Below the pieces are notes generated by a model. It saw only the letters and a list, made by a program, of their open reading frames with translations, did no database searches and was not told the origin of the DNA. Both the position numbers and the translations under genes were made by a program. 64,000 nucleotides of DNA from positions 14,222 to 78,221 of the forward strand of contig PXAT01000060.1 in the NCBI GenBank assembly GCA_003565775.1. The letters are read 5' to 3'. Shown here one piece after another: positions 8,635 to 16,105 of the stretch. This DNA is from Ectothiorhodospiraceae bacterium. GTDB lineage: Bacteria; Pseudomonadota; Gammaproteobacteria; Nitrococcales; Aquisalimonadaceae. How positions within the stretch are numbered: position 1 is the stretch's first letter; every line of letters starts with the position of its first letter.

Positions 8635-9708
8635 TCAGTTCCTCGCCTTTGGCAGCGCACGCACGACCTCGAGCACGGAATCGCGCTCGGTGAACATGAC
8701 GAAACCACCGAACACGGCCAGCACCAGCCCCACCAGGAAATTCCAGTCCGGTAACTGGAGCGTGAACACGGCGACGAAAAGCACCGTGAACACCGCATAA
8801 AGATCGCCCACCGCCTGCCCCCGCCCCACCCCGATGAGCGGAAAGGACTTGTACCAGGTGACCTGACCGAAGGCGAAGCTGACGCCGGCCAGCAACAGCA
8901 TGGCGAGCGTGGATGGCGTGGTCAGTGCCTGGGCCGCCATCGCCAGCAGCGGAAAATCCGTCAGCCAGACCAGCAACGGCACTACCAGAGCCACCCAGTA
9001 AAAGGCCTCGGCGGTGAAGCGTATGGTCAGCCCGGCATCGGGGTCGGAGACATCCATGACCCGGCCGGCGATAGCTCCCTCAACACCCCATCCAATGGCG
9101 GTCATGGCACCGCCCAGATAGCCGAGCCAGGCGCCCGAACCGGTACCGGAAAACTCACTGAGCAGGCCGGGAGCGAAGATCGTGACCCCGCCGGCGATGA
9201 TGATGAAGATGCCGACCGCGGAGCGCAGGGTGATTTTCTCGTGGTACCAGAGACGTGCCAGCAAGGCGCCGATGATCGGATACAGCAGTCCGGCCACGGC
9301 AGCGAACACGGCGCCGATGAAGCCCATGGCAAGGAAGCCGCCGAACAGGGCCATGGGACCGCCGAAGAAGGCCGCCAGCATGTACCAGGAACTGATCGAA
9401 CGGACTTGACGCATGGTCCGCCGGTAATCCGGAATCTTGCCGAGAACTCCGATCCAGACCAGCGCGAACAGCAGCATGGTCAGTGAATTCAGGGCCGCAA
9501 TCAGGGCCGCCGTCATCAGGAAGATCGATGCGGTGTCGTCACGCCCCGCAGCAAACGCCGGTTCATACCAGAGCGCCGTGGCCGGGATATACCAGGCACC
9601 GGCCAGCACCGCCGACCATAGCGCCCAGATGAAACCCCAACGAATCCGCGTCGCGTGATAGCGGGCGCGTGCGGCCGTCAGCGCCGCCGTGTCAGCCGTC
9701 GCGCTCAT
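8635..9708 (-). CDS. Polytopic inner-membrane transporter, DMT/EamA-like (family uncertain)
   Basis: 357 aa with about 10 hydrophobic helices. Its ATG overlaps the uspA stop (ATGA). Confidence 0.5.
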   Translation of the reverse strand: MSATADTAALTAARARYHATRIRWGFIWALWSAVLAGAWYIPATALWYEPAFAAGRDDTASIFLMTAALIAALNSLTMLLFALVWIGVLGKIPDYRRTMRQVRSISSWYMLAAFFGGPMALFGGFLAMGFIGAVFAAVAGLLYPIIGALLARLWYHEKITLRSAVGIFIIIAGGVTIFAPGLLSEFSGTGSGAWLGYLGGAMTAIGWGVEGAIAGRVMDVSDPDAGLTIRFTAEAFYWVALVVPLLVWLTDFPLLAMAAQALTTPSTLAMLLLAGVSFAFGQVTWYKSFPLIGVGRGQAVGDLYAVFTVLFVAVFTLQLPDWNFLVGLVLAVFGGFVMFTERDSVLEVVRALPKARN

Positions 9709-10139
9709 CGGACCAGCCAGACGTCACAGGCGGCATGGTGAGCTACGGCTTCACTGACCGACCCCAGCAGCCAGCGCCCCGCCCCGCCCAGACCCCGCGT
9801 CCCGATGACGATCAATCCGGCATCAAACTCGCGCGCCCGGGCTACGATCTCACCCGCCACCTTGCCGCAGGCCGCAAACCATTGCGTCCGGCTGCGAATC
9901 GCCTCGGGAACGACCGTTTTCGCCTCGGCCAGGATACGGCGCTGCGCATCCAGTGCAGCCGGCTCCGCCGCGTGTCCGGGCCGCACGCCGGGAGCAAGTC
10001 GGGGCACCACGTGGATCACGGCCAGGAAGCCGTCTGCAGGGACCATGGCAATCGCGCGCATGAGTGCCCGCACCGCAGGTTCCGAGCCGTCAAAGGCCAC
10101 GAGGACGCGTCGTATCGATTCGAGCTCCGCGGTCGCCAT
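9705..10139 (-). CDS. Universal stress protein (UspA family)
   Basis: 144 aa. ..VLVAFDGSEPA.. and the C-terminal ..LIVIGTRGLGGAGRWLLGSVSEAVAHHAACDVWLV motif typical of Usp. Confidence 0.8.
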   Translation of the reverse strand: MATAELESIRRVLVAFDGSEPAVRALMRAIAMVPADGFLAVIHVVPRLAPGVRPGHAAEPAALDAQRRILAEAKTVVPEAIRSRTQWFAACGKVAGEIVARAREFDAGLIVIGTRGLGGAGRWLLGSVSEAVAHHAACDVWLVR

Positions 10140-10142
10140 GGT

Positions 10143-10253
10143 TCAGAGCCGGTAGGCCAGAGTTCGCGCCTGGTAAAGTGCGACGGCGCATAGCAGCCCG
10201 ATACCGCTCACGGCAAGCCACGGGGCTTCCGGATAGGCCCAGAATCCATTCAT
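10143..10253 (-). CDS. 36-aa single-helix membrane micro-protein (not in ORF track)
   Basis: My translation is MNGFWAYPEAPWLAVSGIGLLCAVALYQARTLAYRL. The ATG overlaps the upstream stop (ATGA) and is preceded by GGAGGAAG. Its stop lies 3 nt before the uspA ATG. Confidence 0.4.
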   Translation of the reverse strand: MNGFWAYPEAPWLAVSGIGLLCAVALYQARTLAYRL

Positions 10254-10678
10254 CGTCCTGCTTCCTCCCGTGAGTCCGGAATCGCGCTCCTCAGGCCGCT
10301 ATCCAGCAGGCGCTGCCGGCCAAAATCGTTGAGTCGGAACCGAAACAGAATCCTTCCTCGACCGAAGTGGCCGACAGTATCGAGCACCTCGTCGACGCTC
10401 TCGATCACGCCACTGGCATGCAGGTCCACCAGGGTCAGCCGAATCACTCCACGCCAGTAGCTCCCGGATACCGAGTAATGCCGCTCCACGAGCATGGCCA
10501 GTTGCCAATCCCACATGCCGCTGTCACCGACCTCGTCGATGCGCCGCAAAAGCCAGCCCTTCATGTGCAGATCGGGCAATCGAAACCTCCAGGGTCGGGT
10601 GGAGACGTATCCCAGCCCCTCCATGCATGTCGCATGCCCGCGCGCCGCCGGAGAAGTCAGATGTTTCCTTTGGGGCAA
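10250..10678 (-). CDS. Hypothetical protein (start uncertain: TTG 10678, ATG 10624 or ATG 10564)
   Basis: 142-aa ORF with no motif I recognise. Coding-like third-position GC. First gene of a coupled hypothetical/micro-ORF/uspA/transporter string. Confidence 0.45.
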   Translation of the reverse strand: MPQRKHLTSPAARGHATCMEGLGYVSTRPWRFRLPDLHMKGWLLRRIDEVGDSGMWDWQLAMLVERHYSVSGSYWRGVIRLTLVDLHASGVIESVDEVLDTVGHFGRGRILFRFRLNDFGRQRLLDSGLRSAIPDSREEAGR

Positions 10679-10754
10679 GGATTTTGCACTGCAGGAACCG
10701 TCGTCATGGATTCATGACGTCCGACACAGCGAAGAACGACATGGAGGAGTTCCA

Positions 10755-11453
10755 ATGCAAAAGCCTTATCAGATGGTTGCCGCCGGCCGCCAGGCCCTTC
10801 TCGGCACCACACTGCTACTGGCCGGTACCGCCGTGGTTCAAGCGGATTTCAGCGCCAACATCGGCGTTACCAGCAACTACGTTTTCCGTGGCCTGACCCA
10901 GACCGATGACCAGGCAGCCGTGCAGGGCGGTCTGGACTACGCTCATGAGTCCGGTCTCTACCTCGGCACCTGGGCGTCCAACGTGGATTTCGACGGCTTC
11001 ACCGGCTACGAGCTCGACGGCTGGGTCGGCTTCGCCGGTGCCTTCGAGCAGCTCAACTACGATCTCGGCTACATCTACTACGCCTACCCGGGCAGTCGTG
11101 ATCTAAAAGACTCGGACTTCGGCGAGATCTACCTGAACCTGAATGTGGACATGCTCACCGTGGGCGTGTTCTACGTCGCTCACACCGAGAGCGCGGTACG
11201 GGAACAGTTCGATGACGCCGTCTACTACTACGGCAGCCTGGATCTGCCGATAAACGAGGACTGGTCCGCAGGCGCCACTCTTGGCCGACAGGATTTCCGA
11301 AGCAGCGCCCCGGGTGACGACTACACGCACTGGCAACTGGCGGTGACACGGCACGTCGATTTCGGCGATTTCACCTTTGCCTATGATCAGACCGATCTGA
11401 GCGGCAACGATGGTGACGCGAAGGTCAGTGCCATGTTCGTGATGACGTTTTAG
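10755..11453 (+). CDS. TorF-family putative outer-membrane porin
   Basis: Track ORF is 10494-11453. Start moved to ATG 10755 with a GGAGGAG RBS. Signal peptide ..LLLAGTAVVQA, then DFSANIGVTSNYVFRGLTQTDD..GGLDY..GLYLGTWASNVDF, with a C-terminal F. Confidence 0.7.
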   Translation: MQKPYQMVAAGRQALLGTTLLLAGTAVVQADFSANIGVTSNYVFRGLTQTDDQAAVQGGLDYAHESGLYLGTWASNVDFDGFTGYELDGWVGFAGAFEQLNYDLGYIYYAYPGSRDLKDSDFGEIYLNLNVDMLTVGVFYVAHTESAVREQFDDAVYYYGSLDLPINEDWSAGATLGRQDFRSSAPGDDYTHWQLAVTRHVDFGDFTFAYDQTDLSGNDGDAKVSAMFVMTF

Positions 11454-11481
11454 GGAGAGCTGGGAGAGACAGCAAGTCTGC

Positions 11482-11515
11482 GCCGCGATGGTGCAGTGCC
11501 ATCGCGGCCTTTCGC
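11482..11515 (+). terminator. Hairpin terminator after the porin gene
   Basis: GCCGCGATGG-tgcagtg-CCATCGCGGC followed by CTTTCGCC (weak U tract). Confidence 0.5.
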
Positions 11516-11580
11516 CTCTCGCTCCTGTCGCGTGACTGCGACCAGTCTCACGGCGTTGTCTCAGCCCTGCGACAAACCTG

Positions 11581-12771
11581 TCAGTCGCAAGACGGTGATT
11601 TCGGGGTCGCCATCAGGTCGGTGACATCGCAAACGAAGCCCTCGATGGCGACAATGGCACCCTGTCCGCCAAAGACCCCGTTGCCCTGATCGAGGACCCA
11701 TTTGCTGGTGCCGTCGGCACCGAGAATGCGGTAGGTGGAGGCAAACGGTCTTCTCCTGCGGACATCGCGCTGCACTTCCTCCCAGACCCTATCGCGGTCC
11801 TCGGCGACGATCAGGTCGCCATAGGCGACACGCCGGCTCTGCACGAGCTCCGCCGACAGGTACCCGGTCAGGTCAACGCACCCGTCACTGACAAACTCGA
11901 ACATCCAGTCCGGTTCGTTACGGCATCGATAGGCCATCCCGGGCAGATTACTGAGCAATCGGGCCAGCGCCTGATGACTCGAACTGAGCGTGTCCTCGGT
12001 CCGTTTGCGGGCGGTGATGTCCGTGATGAAGCCCTCCACGGCTTCCACGCGGCTGTCAGCGCCATACACCCCGACGCCCTGTTCCCAGACCCATTTCTCG
12101 TTGCCCTGGGCCGTTCGAATGCGATAGCTGACGCGGAAAGAGCGGCCGTCCCGCAAGGCCTGCTGGATGTCGTGCCAGACACGACCGCGATCTTCCGGAT
12201 GAATCAGCTCCAGGAAAGAAATCTCACGATCATGCAGGAGTTGCTGTTCGCTGTAGCCAGTCAGGGAACGACATCCGTCGCTGATGAAGCGCATGGTCCA
12301 GTTCCGGGTATTGTCGGCCCGATAGAAAACGCTGGGCAGATGACTGATCAACTCCTTCAGACGATGGGCTTGCCTGGTGTCGGCGTCCATGTGCTGCGAA
12401 CGGTCCACCAGCAGAAGCCATAGCTGCGGCCACCGCGCGCCCGCCTGCAGGGGCACCGTTCGCAATTCGACAATGATGGACGTTTCGCTGACAAGCCGGC
12501 ACCGGATCCGATCCGGCGGGGTCGGTTCCGCGGGCATCGACCCGGAATACGGCAGCGTCGCCGGTGCCAGCGGGCTTAGCAGATCTTCCATTGCACACCC
12601 GCACACCTGCGCGGGCATGGTTGCCAGAAGGTGACAGGCAGTTTCGTTGGCCTTGACAACCACATTCCGGTCGACAAGCAGCGCAGCGCGATCGGCCTGA
12701 TCCAGCAGGGCCAACTGCGCGTCGTGCCCGCTGTCGGCAGGTTGTTTCGGAGACGAGCTTCCAACGGCCAT
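11581..12771 (-). CDS. PAS-domain protein without output domain (three PAS modules)
   Basis: Track ORF is 11581-12795 (GTG). ATG 12771 has a GAGGG RBS. Repeated PAS signatures SHLPSVFYRADNTRNWTMRFISDGCRSLTGY and SNLPGMAYRCRNEPDWMFEFVSDGCVDLTGY. No effector domain. Confidence 0.7.
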   Translation of the reverse strand: MAVGSSSPKQPADSGHDAQLALLDQADRAALLVDRNVVVKANETACHLLATMPAQVCGCAMEDLLSPLAPATLPYSGSMPAEPTPPDRIRCRLVSETSIIVELRTVPLQAGARWPQLWLLLVDRSQHMDADTRQAHRLKELISHLPSVFYRADNTRNWTMRFISDGCRSLTGYSEQQLLHDREISFLELIHPEDRGRVWHDIQQALRDGRSFRVSYRIRTAQGNEKWVWEQGVGVYGADSRVEAVEGFITDITARKRTEDTLSSSHQALARLLSNLPGMAYRCRNEPDWMFEFVSDGCVDLTGYLSAELVQSRRVAYGDLIVAEDRDRVWEEVQRDVRRRRPFASTYRILGADGTSKWVLDQGNGVFGGQGAIVAIEGFVCDVTDLMATPKSPSCD

Positions 12772-12796
12772 GGCAACCCTCTGCACGGTAGACACT

Positions 12797-12830
12797 CACG
12801 AAACGGGCCCGATCAGGCGTCGGGCCCGGG
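12797..12830 (-). terminator. Hairpin after etfA
   Basis: Minus strand reads GGGCCCG-acgcctgat-CGGGCCC followed by GTTTCGTG. Confidence 0.4.
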
Positions 12831-12895
12831 GACATCCCGCCAAAGCGCGTCAGTTTGCCAGACTCGGCCACATGGGACGATGCGTGTCTCGATCG

Positions 12896-13861
12896 TTAAT
12901 CGAAGTGCTGGCGAAGTTCCTGACCGACCTCGAACATGTCGCCCACCACGCCATAGCGCGCCACATTGAAAATCCCTGCATTGGCATCCGAGTTCACGGC
13001 AATGATGTTTTCAATGTGCTTCATCCCGGCCAGGTGCTGCACCGACCCGGAAATCCCGAGTGCCAGGTAGAGCCGGCAACTGCTTGCGGTCTTGCCGGAA
13101 TAACCGACCTGACGCGCTTTCGGCAGCCAGCCGGCATCAGCAATCGGACGGGAACAACCCAATACCGCGCCCACCTGATCCGCGAGTTCGGCGAACTCCT
13201 CCACGTTCTCCTCTTCGCCGACGCCACGGCCGATGGACAGGATGAACTCCGCAGCCGGGATATCCACTCCACCCTCGCTGGGCGGGTCGATGAACTCCAG
13301 ATGACGACTGCGGACCGCAGTGTCAGGCACGGCCAGGGTGGTGACCGAGCAATCGGTCGCACCTTCCGCTGCGGTGAAGGCGCTCGGCCGCAGGGCCAGG
13401 ACCACACGCTCGCGGCCCGGGAACTCGATTTTCGCGTGCGCCCGCTCGCCATAGGCACCGCGCACGGCGACCACCTCGCCGTCATCGACCTGGATAGCGA
13501 AGACATCGGTGGCGAAACCGGCTGCAGCACGCACGGCCAGTGCTGCACCGTAGCCCCAGCCGTCGACACTGTGCGACATCAGCACAAGAGCCGGATCCCG
13601 CTCCTCGACCGCCTGCAGGGCCGCCGCCACATGCAGATCCGGCTGAAACTCATTTGCCTCCACCGGCAGCAGCAGCACCTCGTCAACACCATCGAGCTTG
13701 ACGCTGTCCGCCAATGCCTTCGGATCGCCGGCGATGATCGCCACCGACAGCGAGCCGCCGATGTCGGCCTTGACCGCGCGCGCCGCACCGATCAGTTCCT
13801 GCGTCACCGGGCTCATGACCCCGCGCCGCTGCTCTGCAATAACCAGAATTCCCTGTGCCAT
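12896..13861 (-). CDS. etfA: Electron transfer flavoprotein alpha subunit
   Basis: 321 aa. ..ILVIAEQRRG.. at the N-terminus, and the C-terminal FAD segment ..GCSRPIADAGWLPKARQVGYSGKTASSCRLYLALGISGSVQHLAGM. Confidence 0.9.
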   Translation of the reverse strand: MAQGILVIAEQRRGVMSPVTQELIGAARAVKADIGGSLSVAIIAGDPKALADSVKLDGVDEVLLLPVEANEFQPDLHVAAALQAVEERDPALVLMSHSVDGWGYGAALAVRAAAGFATDVFAIQVDDGEVVAVRGAYGERAHAKIEFPGRERVVLALRPSAFTAAEGATDCSVTTLAVPDTAVRSRHLEFIDPPSEGGVDIPAAEFILSIGRGVGEEENVEEFAELADQVGAVLGCSRPIADAGWLPKARQVGYSGKTASSCRLYLALGISGSVQHLAGMKHIENIIAVNSDANAGIFNVARYGVVGDMFEVGQELRQHFD

Positions 13862-13863
13862 GA

Positions 13864-14655
13864 TCAGCCCCCCATGACTTCTTTGACGATTGCCGCGATG
13901 CGCGCGGCCTGTTCCGCCGGCGTTCCCTCGATCATCTCGGCCTGCCCCTTGTCGGGCAGATACATTTCCCGGACCCGGGACCCCCTCGCCTGCTCACCGA
14001 TATCCTGATCCTCGAGGCCGAGCTCATCGGGTGACAGTTCCTCGATGGGGATGGATCGGGCCTGCTTGATTCCTCGCAGTGACGCGTAACGCGGCGTGTT
14101 GATGCCGAGCTGGATGGTCAGCACAGCCGGACAGTCCACCTCCAGTCGCTCGCGCAGACCGCCCTCCAGTTCACGTTCCACAATCGCCGTGGCAGCACCG
14201 GGAGCGTAGTCGAGGGCAACCACCACCGCTGCGTGAGGCCAGCCCATGAAGGCGGCCATGGCAACACCGGTAGCGGAAAAGCCCAGGTCCGAGGACTGCG
14301 TTCCGGCCAGCACCAGATCCGGCGCCTCGCGTTGTGCCACTGCGGCAAGAACCCGGGCAATCACCAGCGGGTCGGCATCGGCGATCACATCGTCCCAGAT
14401 CCGGATTGCACGATCCGCCCCCTTGGCAAGACAGGTACGCAGGGCGTCCTCGGTATCGTCGTCGCCCACGGTGACGGCCACCACCTCGATGCCGTCGTTC
14501 GCCTCCTTGAGCTGAAGGGCCGCCTCCAGCGAGTAGTCGTCCCACTCGTTCAGCTGCAGATCGACAAAATCGGGATCCACATCCCGTCCGTCGTCGCGCA
14601 ACTCGAAGTCATCCTCGACCAGGGCCGCCTGTTTGACGGGAACTAGAATCTTCAT
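13864..14655 (-). CDS. etfB: Electron transfer flavoprotein beta subunit
   Basis: Track ORF is 13864-14697 (TTG). ATG 14655 (MKILVPVKQ) has an AAGGAGAGGAAAG RBS. Its stop lies 2 nt before the etfA ATG. Confidence 0.9.
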   Translation of the reverse strand: MKILVPVKQAALVEDDFELRDDGRDVDPDFVDLQLNEWDDYSLEAALQLKEANDGIEVVAVTVGDDDTEDALRTCLAKGADRAIRIWDDVIADADPLVIARVLAAVAQREAPDLVLAGTQSSDLGFSATGVAMAAFMGWPHAAVVVALDYAPGAATAIVERELEGGLRERLEVDCPAVLTIQLGINTPRYASLRGIKQARSIPIEELSPDELGLEDQDIGEQARGSRVREMYLPDKGQAEMIEGTPAEQAARIAAIVKEVMGG

Positions 14656-14697
14656 GGTCTTTCCTCTCCTTGCGGTCGGCGACGCCGACATCATCAA

Positions 14698-16104
14698 TCA
14701 ACGGGAAGCCGCCAGCTCTGCCAGTCGTTTCCAGGCAAGGAACCGGATCCGTGGCTCGGGATCCCCGGTCAATGCCTCCAGGGCTGTGGCCGACAACGCG
14801 TCACAGCGCGCCACCACGAACCGGTTCAACGGGTAGGGGTCCTCGACCAGAGAGTCGAGCACGGCGACCGGAACTCGGGGGTTTAGCGCCACGGCCCGCC
14901 GTACGTCCCGGTCTCTGTGTCTCGCCAGAGCGAGCAGCGTTGGTCCGGGAGTCGAAGGGTTGGCGGCTACGGCACTCACCACGTCGACGGCCGGATCATC
15001 TGCCAGGCGCTGTAAGACGGACGGATACAGGTCATCCCGGCCGGCCGCGCCGGCCCTGACCCAGGCTTCCGGATCCGCGGCGAGACGGGCCAGCAGAAAC
15101 GCCGAGCTGGCGGGGTTCCGGCTGACCGCGCGCCGCACATCCGCTGCCGGGTCATAGGCGAGTTGTTCAAGCATCTGCCGCGGACAACGCGGGTTCCGGG
15201 CCACCCACCGCCGCAGCCAGTTGCCCGGCTGGCGCGCGAGACTGTCGAGCCAGGACGGCGGGATGTCCCGGCGCCGCGCCAACGCCCGCCGGACGCGTCC
15301 GGACGGATCCAGCAACAAGGGATAAAGCCGACTCACCGGCGTCAACGGGGACTCGGCGACAGCGGCGCGGACCGTCGCGTCGGGATCATGAAGTAACCGC
15401 TGGCAAGCGCCTTCCGGCGCTGCGGGATGACTCGCCACGCGACGACGCCAGAGGGGGAACGGTGCATGGGCTGCAGCCATCAGTAGCTGGCCCGGGCAGG
15501 CCTCCGCGCGCAACAGCTCGGCACGCACATGCCTGTCGCCATGAAGCCAGAGACGGCCCAGCAGGTCCGGAGTCAGCCCGCGACGCGCTGCCAGGATGCG
15601 CAGCACGGCGGGCCCTCCGGACTCGGCCAGGCCGGCCAGCAGTTCCGCCGGCGCCTGCGGGTGGCCGGCCACCGCCCGTGCCGTGGCTTCCTGGCCATCG
15701 CTCAGCAGATCGGCCAGCATGTTCGCGGGCATCCGCGGATTCGCGGCCAGCAACGGGTTCAGCCCGGGTTCCGGCCTCTCCCGCAGTAATCGCACGAGGA
15801 CCCCTGGCGGTGTGGCCGGGTTCCTGGCCAGGCGCCGTCGAATCGCGGCATCCGCCCGGCCGCCGAGTTCTTCCAGCAGTCCTTCCGGCGAGAACGGCAG
15901 GCCAGCGAATATCAGTCGAGTGGCGCGATCAGGCAAGGCGATCCCGAGCAGCTTGCCGGTGGTCGCAGTGCAGTTGCCGGCGATCAGGCCCGCAGCCGCG
16001 TAGGCGTCGCGCCGCTCGACAACACGCCGGACCAGTGCCGCCATGTCAGGGCTCACCTCGGGCATGGTTGCCACCTCCCGATCTGTCGCGCAGCCCCGGA
16101 CCAT
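14698..16104 (-). CDS. LRV/HEAT-like tandem-repeat protein of unknown function
   Basis: 468 aa made of about 14 repeats of 24-26 aa, consensus D..VR.AVA.NP..P...L..LA.D. The ATG is 1 nt after the Fe-S gene stop (TGA-G-ATG). Confidence 0.65.
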   Translation of the reverse strand: MVRGCATDREVATMPEVSPDMAALVRRVVERRDAYAAAGLIAGNCTATTGKLLGIALPDRATRLIFAGLPFSPEGLLEELGGRADAAIRRRLARNPATPPGVLVRLLRERPEPGLNPLLAANPRMPANMLADLLSDGQEATARAVAGHPQAPAELLAGLAESGGPAVLRILAARRGLTPDLLGRLWLHGDRHVRAELLRAEACPGQLLMAAAHAPFPLWRRRVASHPAAPEGACQRLLHDPDATVRAAVAESPLTPVSRLYPLLLDPSGRVRRALARRRDIPPSWLDSLARQPGNWLRRWVARNPRCPRQMLEQLAYDPAADVRRAVSRNPASSAFLLARLAADPEAWVRAGAAGRDDLYPSVLQRLADDPAVDVVSAVAANPSTPGPTLLALARHRDRDVRRAVALNPRVPVAVLDSLVEDPYPLNRFVVARCDALSATALEALTGDPEPRIRFLAWKRLAELAASR

Positions 16105-16105
16105 C

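Noticed and set aside
12770-14008. 412-aa plus-strand ORF
   Set aside because: It is antisense to etfA/etfB.
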